A DNA stretch of 63,156 nt, from the NCBI RefSeq assembly GCF_001447785.1, contig NW_015171584.1, positions 38,547 to 101,702 of the forward strand, read 5' to 3'. The position numbers were made by a program, and so were the translations under genes. Below the pieces are notes generated by a model. The model was given only the letters and a program-made list of their open reading frames with translations. It did no database searches and was not told the DNA's origin. Below, piece by piece: positions 50,786 to 62,828 of this stretch; the stretch's first letter is position 1; each line of letters starts with the position of its first letter. The stretch comes from Gekko japonicus. Its lineage: Eukaryota.

Positions 50786-50990
50786 GCTGTGGCTCAATGG
50801 AAGAATACCTGTTTGACATTCAGAAAGTCTCATGTTCAGTCCCTGACATCTCCATCTAAATCTATCAGATGATAGGTGATGCAAAAGACCACTATCTGAA
50901 ACACTGGAGAGCTGCTGCCAGTCTGAGTAGATAATAGTGAGCTTGATGGACCAACAGTCTGATCCAGTATAAAGCCACTTCATGTGTTCA
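50786..50990 (+). mobile_element. tRNA-derived SINE
   Basis: GCTGTGGCTCAATGG A box and GTTCAGTCC B box; paralog at 26596-26690. Confidence 0.65.
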
Positions 50991-52152
50991 TGTGAGATGT
51001 GCATTAGTAAGGCTGATCAGAACAAATGTATATTGTTATATTCAAGCACAAGATGGTGAGGTCAAATCTGTCAGTTTGCCATTACAGTATTTTGCCATTG
51101 TCTGAGGGTGGGGACAGATGTTCAGGTTGAGGCAACTAAATCATATTGTCATTAATGTGCACACACTGGCCATAAACAGTCTCAAAGAAGTTGACTAAAT
51201 ATTTGGAATGGTAGGAAACAAAAAGAAAGGTAGAATGTTCCATTTTCAGATAATGATCTACTCCTTCCAGTGAACTTGGATACCTGGGGGTAGACACATC
51301 ACATTACCTTGTTAATACCCAGCCATGGAAAGGCAGGTTGGTGCAGTTGTTTGAAGCACCTTTTTCAATCTTCACCTAGTCCATAAGATACTTTCTCTTC
51401 TGGCCTAAGTGTACCAGGCCATGTTTCTGTTACCTCTAACCTGGATACTGTAAAAGCATTACGTGGGCTCCCTTTGAAAATATAAGCAATTTACCTGCCC
51501 ATCTTTTGACTGGGGCTCCATCCATAAGCCAAAGATTACCCATTGTGTATTCATTGCTGCTTTGAAGACAGAGACATTCACTTTGGCAAGTGTTTATGCA
51601 GGTGTTTTCTGTCCACTTTTCCCACTCAGCTGCCATTTTCTCTGCATTTTCTATGCCACATCGCTGGATGGGTTTTGAGGGCTTTTAAAAAATAATAATG
51701 TAATTGCTTCAGCATTATATAGAGATTAGTTTAAAAATTAAGTCCTTCAAAAGATCTCTGGTGGGACAACAAAGAATTTTTTTTCTTCATTAGCATTTTT
51801 TTAAATTAAGGACAACAAAGAAAATGGCAGCACCAAGTGGCTAATGGCAGGAAGTGACACTTTCCAAAATGGCCACCTTTCCATCCAGATAGCATTCTGC
51901 TATGTTTGGACTCCATTGTTTCTGAAGAGATCATAGCAAAGCAGGTCTGTGAGAGAATTCAGCAAAGGGGAGGGGTCTGAAAGGTAGAAAATCACCAAAT
52001 GATGAAGTTTGGAGGCTCTAAATAACTAATCTTCAGTTCGGGTACCAAACTGGAGGACCACATCTCTGTGGATTCATCCTGGGATCCCATTGCATCACTT
52101 TTAACAAAGTTTCACTGGTTTCCTGCTTACTTCAGTTCAAGTCATTGGAAGT

Positions 52153-52972
52153 TCACTTTAAAGCCCCCCCCCCGATTTTGGACCTTCGTATGGTCAGGAT
52201 CTACTCTCCCTATATGAACCCATGCATTAGCTGTTCTCCATTCTCTTGCTTGTGGTGCAGATGAAAGCAGCATATAACATTACACACATTGAAGTCAATG
52301 TGTATGGAGGGGAAGTGAGCATGAGAGCATTCTCCCAGCCCGTATGATTGCTGGCTGGTAAGTCTACACATCTGGGAAGCATATATTTGATGCCTTCCCA
52401 TTATCCAGAACACTGCTTTTCAAATGTTTTCAATCATGGGAAGGGAATCTATGCATGTAGACTTTGGGCTCATGAAGGAGTAGATCACACCTAGATAGGG
52501 AACAGGGTCAGCATGCTCATACCTACTCTCCCTCTACACAAGTTGATGTGTGATGTCATGTGTATACGGTTTCTCTGTAGTCATTTTTGTGTTTACAGGC
52601 CCAATGTGAATTGTCTCTTAAAGTATACACACAAACAGGCTTCCCAAGTACTTACCATGATTCAGCGGGGGACACAGATATCTTTGCAAGATCATTCCCG
52701 CAGGGACAACAAATGTGTCGCATCATGCCGTCGCCAGGAAGTGACGCTCTGGCAATGGGGTTGGTACCATCCCATCATACGGACTGGGAGAATGCTCTCA
52801 TGCTCACTTCCCCTCCATACACATTGACTTCAATGTGTGTAATGTTATATGCTGCTTTCATCTGCACCACAAGCAAGAGAATGGAGAACAGCTAATGCAT
52901 GGGTTCATATAGGGAGAGTAGATCCTGAACATACGAAGGTCCAAAATCATGGGGGGGGGGGCTTTAAAGTGA
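52153..52972. repeat. near-perfect inverted repeat (arms 52153-52348 and 52774-52972)
   Basis: The ~196-bp arms are reverse complements with only a few mismatches; spacer ~425 bp. Confidence 0.92.
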
Positions 52973-53122
52973 TGTTACCATGGTACCATCGAGTTTTCAG
53001 CCCCATTGCCAGAGCGTCACCCAGTGTCACTTCCTGGCGATGGCATGGTGCGTTACGGGAAGGAATGGTCCGGCTGGGGAGCATGTTTCCCCCACCAGAT
53101 CACGGTAAGTACTTGGGAACCC
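52636..53122. mobile_element. MITE-like element hosting the inverted insertion
   Basis: Imperfect TIRs CCCAAGTACTTACCATGAT / ATCACGGTAAGTACTTGGG and subterminal GCCAGGAAGTGAC / GTCACTTCCTGGC. Confidence 0.6.
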
Positions 53123-53159
53123 TACACACAAATCATCATTATAAGGACAATAAACAAAC

Positions 53160-53535
53160 TGTGCGTATGTGCCATCAAGTTGCTTCTGACTTCCATCAAC
53201 ACTATGAATTAATGAGCTCCAAAATGTCCTATCATTAGTATCTTTGCTCAGGTCTTGCAAAGTGAAGGCTGTGGTTTTCTTTATTGAATCAATCCATCTC
53301 ATATTGGGTCTTCCTTTTTCCCTACTAACTTCAACATTTCCTAGCATTACTGCCTTTGTCAGTGACTTGTGACCAAAGTATGATAGCCTCACTTTAGTCA
53401 TTGCAGCTACTAGGGAGGCTTGATTCGATCTAGATCTCACATTTGTATTTTCAGGATTCCATGGTATTTGTAATACTCTTCTCCAACACCACATTTCATA
53501 TGAATTTAATTTCTTCCTCTCAGCTTTCTTAATTA
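53160..53535 (-). mobile_element. RTE/BovB LINE 3' fragment
   Basis: MWCWRRVLQIPW...RLSYFGH...GRPNMRWIDSIK. Confidence 0.85.
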
Positions 53536-54480
53536 AGAACAGTGCTATCCATACTTGAATGAACTAATGTGCAGCAATTAAGCTTTTTGCTAACAGAAAT
53601 CCTAGGAGAATTGTACTCACTAACTCAGGGTCTTTCTGGCATAGCTGTGGCAGATATCAGCTGAATTTTATCATGGAAGGGAGAAAAACGAGGCTCATTT
53701 GGGTGGTCACAATCTAACACAGTTACTGGTTGTTCTAAACAGCTTGAGAATAAATTAAATGGTGGCTCCACCCTCAGAACTCATATCATTGTTTAAAATG
53801 TGGGGGTTTTCTAACTATAATTTACATAAATAGTAAAAGACTAATTCATTCCACTACCTTGTGGTATATGACCCTTCAGGACAGAGAGGTATTATTCCTT
53901 CCTGATACCCCAAAATTCTCTGGTTGTGACTGAGGTGGACTTTTTTTCCAGGTACTATTTTTGGAGGTAATAATTATGTTCATGAATCTAACTCACACTG
54001 AGTACTGCTTTATAGTGACATAAAGCATGACTGAGGGGTAACCTGGAAAAGAGGAGGCTAGAGTCTTGAGAAATCTGGTGTTGGTAGGGAAGACAGAGAG
54101 TTATTGGAAGAACGATGGATAAAGAACAACTGGTAGATACTGGAGAGGGAACTGAAGAAGAAGAGGTTGTGTGATAAGACATTCTGAGTAATGGTGGCCT
54201 AGTCAAAATATATATTTATGGAAGACACATGGAGGGAGAAGTAAAAGTAAGCTTAGTTAAGCTAATCTTAAGCAAAGTTGGGAACAACAACAAAAGTAGA
54301 AATGTAAGGTGACCTAAACAGGCTTATACAAAACAGTGAAGACTGAAGAGTTCCCAGTAACCAATCAATGGAAATATGAGAGACAGAGATAGCAAACAAG
54401 GTGCTCATTTCATTAAGCATGCATTTTATAAAACTCTTTCTTGTTGCACTGTTGAATGTAATGCCTTTTCAATATGTGGA

Positions 54481-54682
54481 GGGGGCATAGCTCTGTGGTA
54501 GAGTCCTCGTTGTGCAAGCAGAAGGCTTTAGGTTCAGTCCCTTCTGTCTCCAGTTAAAAGAAGTAGGTAGGAGTTGATACAGAAGACTTATAACTGGGAC
54601 CCTGAGGTGCCACTGCCAGCTGGATGGCAACACTGACCTTGATGACAAAGGTTCTGATTTGGTAAGGCAGCTTCATGTGTTA
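54481..54682 (+). mobile_element. tRNA-derived SINE
   Basis: GGGGGCATAGCTCTGTGGTAGAG...GGTTCAGTCCC A/B boxes followed by a non-tRNA body. Confidence 0.65.
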
Positions 54683-54777
54683 ATGTATTCAATATGTATG
54701 CTATATTTGCAAGACTGAAGGAACTAAAAGGACTTGTACATAGGCAGCTGAACAGAACTACAGTCTAACATCATAGT

Positions 54778-54900
54778 ATCTGAAGATGTGTGCATGCCCA
54801 GGAAAGAGTCCACTGTGAATAAAATGTTTTGCTCTTAAAGGTGCCACTGGACTCAATTTTTCTTCTGTTGCTTCAGACCAACACGGCTACCCAGGTAAAT
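54778..54900 (+). mobile_element. Penelope-type repeat with hammerhead-like core
   Basis: CTGAAGA-TGTGTGCATGCCCAG-GAAA...GAATAAAA...CTTAAAGGTGCCACTGGACTC...CAGACCAACACGGCTACCC. Confidence 0.6.
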
Positions 54901-55063
54901 CTATCATCACAGTAAACTGCCATCCCTGTAATTGATCCCTGAATCCTGAATCCGAATACTATAGCAATGGAAAATACCTGCTTGGCAAACTATCTGTGAA
55001 ATGGCAGTGTCTGTTTTTATTCTGTTTATTCTCCTCAAATGAGTTGTCCTGGTGGTATGAAAT

Positions 55064-55990
55064 ATGAATAAGACTTCCGTCACCTATTTCACTTTCCTTG
55101 GATTTCCCAGCTATTTGGAAGTGCAAATTCTTATGTTTGTTCTACTTTCTGCCATCTACGCAGTCACTGTAACTGGTAATTGTCTCATCATCCTTATTAC
55201 TTGGGCTAACATAACCCTTCATACCCCGATGTACTTCTTTCTGAGAATCTTGTCATTTCTGGAGATCTGCTACATCTCTGTCACCCTCCCCAAGATACTA
55301 CACAACTTGGTCTCAGAGGACAAGTCCATCTCATTCAGTGGGTGTGCTGCCCAGATGTATTTTATCTTGTTCCTGGGGACAGTTGAGTGTTTTCTTTTGG
55401 CTTCCATGTCTTATGACCGCTGCATTGCAATATGCCTCCCCTTGCATTATACAGTGCTAATGTCCAAAGGAGTTTGTACCTATCTGACTTTGGCTTCATG
55501 GATGGGTGGCATTCTTATCCCACTGGTGAACACAACCTGGGCATTTAGTTTGCCCTACTGTAGCTCTAACAAGATCAACCATTTCTTCTGTGACTTTCCA
55601 CCTGTCCTGAAGCTAGCCTGTGCTGACACAACTCTGAATGAGACAGTGATGCTAGTGAGCAGTTTAGTCATCACTCTAATACCTTTCATCTTCATACTGG
55701 CATCCTATACCTGCATCCTGGGCACTATATTAAGGATGCCTTCATCTGAAAGTAGGCATAAAGTGTTCTCCACATGCTCATCACATCTTCTCATGGTGAC
55801 CCTTTTCTTTGGCTCGGCCAGCTTTATGTACTTACATCCCAAATCCAGTTATTCTTTGGAACGAGACAAATTCCTCTCTCTTTTTTACACAGTGATAACA
55901 CCAATGCTAAACCCTATCATTTATAGCTTGAGGAACACTGAAGTGAAAAAGGCCCTAGCCAGAATGTTTAAAAGGAAAATATTGTCCTAG
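55064..55990 (+). CDS. olfactory receptor, class II, OR10-like (308 aa)
   Basis: Intact ORF: N-glycan site NKT, GN, LHTPMYFFL, MSYDRCIAICLPLHY, HFFCDFPP, KVFSTCSSHL, PMLNPIIYSLRN. Confidence 0.95.
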   Translation: MNKTSVTYFTFLGFPSYLEVQILMFVLLSAIYAVTVTGNCLIILITWANITLHTPMYFFLRILSFLEICYISVTLPKILHNLVSEDKSISFSGCAAQMYFILFLGTVECFLLASMSYDRCIAICLPLHYTVLMSKGVCTYLTLASWMGGILIPLVNTTWAFSLPYCSSNKINHFFCDFPPVLKLACADTTLNETVMLVSSLVITLIPFIFILASYTCILGTILRMPSSESRHKVFSTCSSHLLMVTLFFGSASFMYLHPKSSYSLERDKFLSLFYTVITPMLNPIIYSLRNTEVKKALARMFKRKILS

Positions 55991-56115
55991 AATGTGGTTT
56001 TAATAAAGGGATTAAATGTGTCAGAAACCAGAATACTGGTAAGATTATTATATGTAATGGGAATATGTCGGTCTCCTCTAAAATCAGTCAAATGTACCTT
56101 CCTAACTATATACTA

Positions 56116-56464
56116 TGGAGCTGCGGGGGCTCAAGTGCTTAAGACGCTGAACTGCAGGCTGTGGAAGGTCAGTAGTTCAGCAGTTCGAGACCCGGGTGCC
56201 GCATGATGGGGTGAGCTCTCATCTCTAGTTCCAGCTCCTGCCAACCTAGCATTTCGAAAGCAAGAAATTGCAAGTAGATAAATAGGTACCACTTCGGTGG
56301 GAAGGTAACAGCGTTCCATGCACCTTGGTGTTTAGTCATGCCGGCCACATGACCACAGAAACATCTTCAGACAGCGCTGGCTCTTTGGCTTTGAAACGGA
56401 GATGAGCACTGCAACCCTAGAGTCGGATTCGACTGGCTTTCGAGCAAGGGAACCTTTACCTTTA
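56116..56464 (+). mobile_element. Sauria SINE, full length, 15-bp TSD, in OR 3' UTR
   Basis: TSD CCTAACTATATACTA at 56101-56115 and 56465-56479; (ACCTTT)n tail. Confidence 0.9.
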
Positions 56465-56711
56465 CCTAACTATATACTAAATGGTCAATAAGAACTCATT
56501 AGAAAGATTTCTTGAGGACTATTCCACATTTATCAAGTACTCCAGGTCTGGATATGTGCAAGGTTTTCATCTCACACAATAATATTTTGAGCATACATGT
56601 AATCCCTGTCTTCACCAGGCATTACTCAAAAGGGTAGACATAACAATGAAGAAATAGTCCCCATGGATGCATTGATTGATGTCGTGAAGACCAGAATTTT
56701 CACTGATAAAT

Positions 56712-56920
56712 ATGTGTGTGTAAAGTGCCTTCATGTCACAGCCAAGTTTTGGAGACCCCATAGGGCTCTCAAGGCAAGAGACAAACAGGTGGTTTGCCAT
56801 TTTCTGCCTCTGCCTCTAGACTTCCATGATGGCCACCTATCCAAATACTAACCAGGGCAAACCCTGCTTAGTTTCCAAGATCTGATAGGGTCAGGTGACT
56901 CTGGGCCATCCATGTCAGGG
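56712..56920 (-). mobile_element. 5S rRNA-derived SINE
   Basis: Reverse complement contains TCAGATCTTGGAAACTAAGCAGGGTTTGCCCTGGTTAGTATTTGGAT. Confidence 0.7.
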
Positions 56921-57509
56921 TGACTGGATAAATACAAGCTCTAAACTTACTTGTATTAACATGGAATTACTATTTTATTTTAAATTGTAATGTTCATCTG
57001 TTTTACTAGGAGGGGATAATTTTGCTTTCCATCTTTAAACGTTGATTTCTGTATATTGCCTTAGAAAGCACAGGAAGGGACTTTGACACTGAAAACAAAT
57101 CTTAAACTTGTTCCTGGCAAATTAACCTCTTAGACAGATCAAGATGAGTAGCTGCGTTAGTAGCAGTGTAGCACTGCAGCAGTGAAAAAGAGCAAGAGTC
57201 CAGTAGCATACTAAAGAATAACAAAATATGTGGCAGAGCATGAGCTTTCGTGAGGAAAGATGGTTGAATAAAATGAGCATTCTCAAGCATTTAGAACAAG
57301 TGACCAAATTATATGGGGTAAAGAACTGAGCCCTGGTTATCTTGTCTCTTTTGAGAGCTGTCCCTGTCTGCCGATAAACCTGGTGGGATTCAGGGATTGG
57401 GCCTTACAGATTTTATTATGATTTGAGCATTGTCGTGATCCTTTACTACGTACTCTGTTTTTCACCATTCACTATTTTAAACCACTAAAGGGTTAAAGAT
57501 GTTCACTGT

Positions 57510-58352
57510 TTGAGGAACACTGAAGTGAAAAAGGCCCTGGCAAGAATGTTTAAAATGAAAATATTGTTCTAGAATATTGTTTTAATATAGGGATCAAATG
57601 TGTCAGACACCAGAACACTGCTAAGTCTATTGCATGGTATCTCCGTTAATTGTTCTTTACTGCTTTTATTGTTTTTAACGTTATTACATTATTTTATATT
57701 ACTCTTATATTTATTGTATTTTACTCTTTTATACTTGTTGTAAACTGCCCGGAGAGCTTCAACTACAGACAGTATGGAAATGAAATAAATAATAATATGT
57801 AATGGAAATATGTCTCTCTCCTCTAAAATAAATCAAAAGTACATAATTTTATAAAACAAAGTATAATATAGAGGGGGTACAAAATGGAAAGAGGGATTAT
57901 ATAAAACAAATATTTCTCCCCAGTAGTTTAAAGACATTTTCTATAGGATACAATGGTCCTTACTTCAAACATTTTAAATTTCAAATTTCATAACTAATTT
58001 ATTTTTCAACTATATAACATAGAATACGTAATAACAATGAAATTAATAATCAGAACGTTTTCTTGAGCACCAAGTTTGAATAGGTTTCAGGCTGTTCATG
58101 TCACATAGTAACATTCTAAGCCTACATGTAATGCCAGTCTTCACCATGTATACTCAAAAGGATAAACCAAACTCTGTCACAGGAATTTGCACTGAGTAGA
58201 TCAATACAAGCTCCAAAAATTCTTCAAAGTATGATGGAATTACTGTTTTAATTTAAATTGCAGTGTTCATCTATTTTCCTTGGAGGGGATGATTTTGCTT
58301 TCCAGCTTTCAACCTTGATTTTTGTATGATGCCTTCTAAAGTACAGGAAGGG
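57510..58352 (+). pseudogene. remnant of a paralogous OR: last ~17 codons plus 3' flank
   Basis: TTGAGGAACACTGAAGTGAAAAAGGCCCT..CAAGAATGTTTAAAA.GAAAATATTGT.CTAG copies 55928-55990. Downstream sequence is colinear with 55990-57080, without the SINEs. Confidence 0.8.
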
Positions 58353-58642
58353 AACAGTTGAAGAAATAGGAGAGAAATACATAACATTTTCTTTCAAATT
58401 CACACATTAGAGGGAAAAATGTTTGTTCCAATGGGCTTAAAGACTTTTTCCAGATCTTGTTAAACTTTTTTTTTTGCAAAGATGATGCTTTCATGTATAA
58501 ATAAAATTCCTTCACCTTACCTACAAAATACTTTCTTGTTGGAATTTTTGTTTCCAAAGTTTGGCAAATATTAATTGCACAGGTGTAAATAGCATATAAA
58601 GAGAACACCCAAAAATCATTAGGAATAGACCTCTATCAGTAG

Positions 58643-58847
58643 AAGTGTTCCATCTAAGATGAGTTAGTGTGAGCTAGCTCACAGTTTTTAGCCTCCGGCT
58701 CACACATTTTTGTCTTAGCTGAGGAAGGATGGCTCCAGGGCAAACTAATTTATGCAGTAGCCAAATTGCTCGCTCACAACTTTAATACCAGTAGCTCACA
58801 AAGTAGAATTTTTGCTCACAAGACTCCACAGCTTAGAGGGAGCATTG
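58643..58847 (-). mobile_element. hAT MITE (same family as 26110 and 47542)
   Basis: TIRs AAGTGTTCCATCTAAG / CTTAGAGGGAGCATTG. Confidence 0.8.
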
Positions 58848-59517
58848 GTACTCACTTCTCACAAATTTTCTTAATATAAACCAGCTTGCTTTTCTGGGAT
58901 GATGTTAATATCACTTTTCCCATCCATTGGTATGACCATATCACTCAAACTTTTACAGTGAATTCACATTAACCCCCCCTCCCCTGTCATTGGTCCAAAC
59001 TGTTTCTCTTTCCCCATCATTCCTTACATCGTAGTGCCTGAGACTGGAAGGCTGGGTTCACACGTGGATGACTGTCAGTTGCTGAGTGCCAAAAGAAGCT
59101 CCAGTTTTTCTCAGATTTCATCACTGACTTCAAGAATAAGTTAGACAATGCAATAGGAAACCATTTCTTCCCAATCTGTATCAAAATGTAGCACAGATGG
59201 CTTGTATTCCTTCAGTACTGATTTTTTTAAAAGGCTAATTTCTGGTTAGTTTTTTTGTTCAATTCAAGTTACTTGTTATTGCCTGCAAGGCCATTCGTGG
59301 TATGACAACTACATATTACTGGACCATCTTTCCTGATACGATTCATAGAGATTGTTCCAGACAGCCAGTCAACTGTTGTTAACAACCCCATCATAGTGTT
59401 AAATTAGCTCTGTGGGCTAGAAAAAGACCTTTTCTGGGCTTTCTCCTTCCTGGTAGAATAGCTTACCTGAGTCTTTCAGGAACATTGTGTTGCTGGGTTT
59501 TTTTAAGGCAAAGCAAG

Positions 59518-59965
59518 GGCCTCGGTCACACGAGGGGGGGGGGAGCACAGCCAAAGTGCGGCTTTTCTGAGCCGCAGCAAAATAGACGTGCGGTGGTGGA
59601 ATCAGACAGATCCCTCGAGCTGCTGTGCAGTTGCTCCCCGGCATGATCAGATGCTGGGGGAGAAGCCACGGAACAGAGAGCGAGGCAGCCGGCTGTGCAG
59701 GTGTGCGCATCCGCAGTTTGGCTGGGAGCCTTGAATGCTGCGGAAGATGGGCACGCCGGCAATCCCACGGCCACCCTTGCTGCGGAGCTTCAGGTAGGTA
59801 GTACTCTTTTCTAGGTGGTTTTTTTTTATGCGCGGTTTCACCCGGAAAGGACAGATCGGGGATGGGTGCGCTCCGCTTCCCAGATGTTGCGGTGTGATTG
59901 CGCCCATTTGATGCGCCCCTGATCCGTCCCTCTTGCGGGGCAAAACCTTCCATGTGACCGAGGCC
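59518..59965. mobile_element. PIF/Harbinger-type MITE, CpG-rich
   Basis: 15-bp TIRs GGCCTCGGTCACACG / CATGTGACCGAGGCC; 3-bp TSD AAG. Confidence 0.75.
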
Positions 59966-60056
59966 AAGGTTCGGCTATTTCAATGTGCTGTTTTAGTATC
60001 TTTGCTATTAGAACCTTTATTGTATTTTAATACCACATTAAAACCCAACATGAGGG

Positions 60057-60416
60057 TGTTGGATTGCGCCAACGAAGACTCGGACAGTGATTCAGCAAAG
60101 TGATTTCAGCTTTATTAGAATAAGCAAACAAGCACTTAAACGCATGTAGGAAACCAGAACAACCAACATTGGAGCTATGCTCCTATTTAAACATACCGGG
60201 CTAATATAGCCCCTCCCACTATATACAATAACAACCAATTAGATTGCAGGGATAAGGACAAATCAGAGTTCTTCCCGCTCAGGGAACTATTCATTTGTGA
60301 TTGGTCGCTATTTTGAAGCGACCAATAGTTTTACAGTACTGTGGAATCCTCTGCTGGCCTGAAGCTTAACATGGGAGTTCAATGAGGAGATTCATTTGTT
60401 CTGTCAGTACATAACA
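60057..60416 (-). mobile_element. solo LTR, 5-bp TSD
   Basis: TGTT...AACA termini; TSD GAGGG at 60052-60056 and 60417-60421; minus-strand AATAAA at ~60111. Confidence 0.88.
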
Positions 60417-60619
60417 GAGGGTTTGTTAGAAAATGGAGGGTTAAAATGTTTGTAAATAAACAAAAGGTATAAACACCTTTGTTAAGTGAAGGCTACTCTT
60501 TAAGGGTATAATCCTATGAGCACTTACAAGGACATAAGTACTATCGATTATAGCAGGGCCATCTATTTGATAGTTTAGGTATTTGGGGAAAATCCTTTTA
60601 AATGTTCTGGGACATTTAG

Positions 60620-60831
60620 GGTGATTTCCCACTAGTGCTGCTCCACGCTCACTCTTCCCTTTTGTCTCGATGTTAGGTGTCAATTTCACAGAAGCTGCTG
60701 CGCAGCCGCATTTTGCCTCGCAGCTTCGTGCGATTTTCCCCGTGTCTACTCAATCCTGTTTTTTGAGCTTGTGTGAAATTGACACCTACCATTGAGGCAA
60801 AAGGGAAGAGTGAGCCTGGAGCAGCGCTAGT
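60620..60831. mobile_element. palindromic MITE-like element
   Basis: Arms ACTAGTGCTGCTCCACGCTCACTCTTCCCTTTTG...GTGTCAATTTCACA and TGTGAAATTGACAC...CAAAAGGGAAGAGTGAGCCTGGAGCAGCGCTAGT. Confidence 0.7.
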
Positions 60832-61779
60832 CACACAAGCTTTAACCATACTAATAGGGCTGGTATCGAAGCCGTTCTCATGCAGCCGGGATGCAAGTCC
60901 TAATGCTGGACTGCATTACCTTCTTACTCTTACAGTGTGGTTTTGCAAAGAGAAGGTTCCCAATATATGCTACCCTTATATCTGCACTATAAAGAAAATT
61001 ACACTGAAAACAGACCATCAAACATTGTATAGCTCTCTGTTAAACACTTTCTAAAATGAATTATGCAATACAATAACTTTCATCACATATAATCATGTAG
61101 CAATATTCAATGTATTCATATAAATTTATATACACTTGAGCAACATCCGTAGTCAAATAATATGCATTAAGCTAAAAGAATATGAGCTAATTACTTGCTA
61201 ATGTATACAAGCGATTTAGAAGAGATCTTCTCCAACTCAGAAAAAGGAAAGTCATTGTTTTAAGTATTTTGTAATGAACACTGTAATTGTAATGTTATCT
61301 TATTTGTTGCATTGAGGAGAGGAAACCTGGAGGAAAAACATGGCTCCAATTTCATAAATAATGGGGGGGGGGGAACTTTACTGAAGAAGTGGAAAACTCA
61401 AGCAAGAACATGACCTATTAGTGACAAGTCAGCAAAGTAACACAATTGGGAAGAAAAACAATTCTATCTCTACACAGTTCTTTTAAGAAGAGAAGGGGGG
61501 GTTATACCCATTTTTCTCTACCTTAAGGAGTCTCAAAATGGCTTACAATGACATTCCCTTCCTCTCCCCACAATAGGCACCTTATGGGGTAGGTGGGGCT
61601 GAGAGGGTTCGGAGAGAACTGTTACTGGCCCAAGGTCACTCAGCTGGCTTCATGTGAGGAAGTAGAGAATCAAACCGTTCTCCAGATTAGAGTCCACCAC
61701 CATTCTCTCCACCATCTTTTCCCAGCCTATTAAGACTAGAAAGACCACAGTCCCTTGATCCTATTCCCCTTTTTTCGTC

Positions 61780-62733
61780 TCAACAACCCTGTGAGATATA
61801 ACCAGGCTGACACTTTCTAAACATTTTTTTCAAGGAAACCTTCACTTCTCTATTTCTCAGACTATAGATGATGGGGTTAAACATAGGAATCAAAATGGTG
61901 TAGAACAAAGAAAGCAGCTTGTTCACAATCAATGTCTCTTTTGACCTGGGACTTGCATAGACAATAGTTGCTGAGCCATAGAAGAGAGATACCACAATAA
62001 GGTGTGAGGAGCATGTGGCAAACACTTTCTTCTGACCCTCAACAGATGGCATCTTCAGAATTACAGAGATGATTTTGACATAAGAGGCACAGATAAGGCA
62101 AAAGGGGAGGATTAGGATAAGAGCAGTGACTGCAACCAGGTAAACTTCACTTGCAAAGGTATCTGCACAGGCCAACTCCAGCACAGGTGGGATATCACAG
62201 AAGAAGTTGTTAATTTCACGAGTGCCACAATAGGGCAAGGTAAACAGTAGGTATGTCTGTCCTATATGGACAGGCATGTTGATGGTCAATGACCCTGTAA
62301 CAAGTCCTAAACAGAGTTCTTTGTGCATTATGAGTTTATAATGCAGAGGGTTACATATGGCCACATATCGGTCATATGCCATGGCAGCCAGAAGGAAACA
62401 CTCTGTGCCTCCAAGGAAAATTATGAAGTAGATCTGGGCAGCACAGCCAACAAATGAGATGGTCCTGTTTTGTGCCACAAAATTGACCAGCATTTTTGGA
62501 AGGGTGACTGAGGTGTAGAAGATCTCCAGAAAGGCCAGGCTCTTCAAAAAGAAATACATTGGGGTATCAAGGGTAGGATCAGTCACTACAATGTAAATGA
62601 TAAGTCCATTTCCAGCTATGATGCTCACGTAGATCAGTAGGAACACCACAAACAGCAACATCTGCAGAACTGGGTGGTCAGAGTATCCAACAAAAATGAA
62701 GTCAGATAATGCAGTGTGATTCTCTTTTATCAT
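61780..62733 (-). CDS. olfactory receptor, class II, OR10-like (317 aa)
   Basis: Intact ORF from MIKENHT; paralog of 29844 and 45185 with all OR motifs and a slightly extended C-terminus. Confidence 0.95.
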   Translation of the reverse strand: MIKENHTALSDFIFVGYSDHPVLQMLLFVVFLLIYVSIIAGNGLIIYIVVTDPTLDTPMYFFLKSLAFLEIFYTSVTLPKMLVNFVAQNRTISFVGCAAQIYFIIFLGGTECFLLAAMAYDRYVAICNPLHYKLIMHKELCLGLVTGSLTINMPVHIGQTYLLFTLPYCGTREINNFFCDIPPVLELACADTFASEVYLVAVTALILILPFCLICASYVKIISVILKMPSVEGQKKVFATCSSHLIVVSLFYGSATIVYASPRSKETLIVNKLLSLFYTILIPMFNPIIYSLRNREVKVSLKKMFRKCQPGYISQGC

Positions 62734-62828
62734 TTTTGCTTGCAGCTGGTATAGAACAATGACAGGAAACAAACATTGGTAATTGATATCTAATGTTTAG
62801 TATCTTGATTCATCAAAGCAATTATTAA

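Larger units (their letters stand above)
44510..52180. repeat. segmental duplication unit C (3' flank + OR + 5' region)
   Basis: Colinear with units A and B. Confidence 0.8.

Noticed and set aside
54481-54555. tRNA gene
   Set aside because: A/B boxes only, with no intact cloverleaf; it is a SINE head.
59417-59967. CpG-island promoter or 178-aa ORF
   Set aside because: The CpG richness is bounded by TIRs and a 3-bp TSD, so it is explained by a young MITE.
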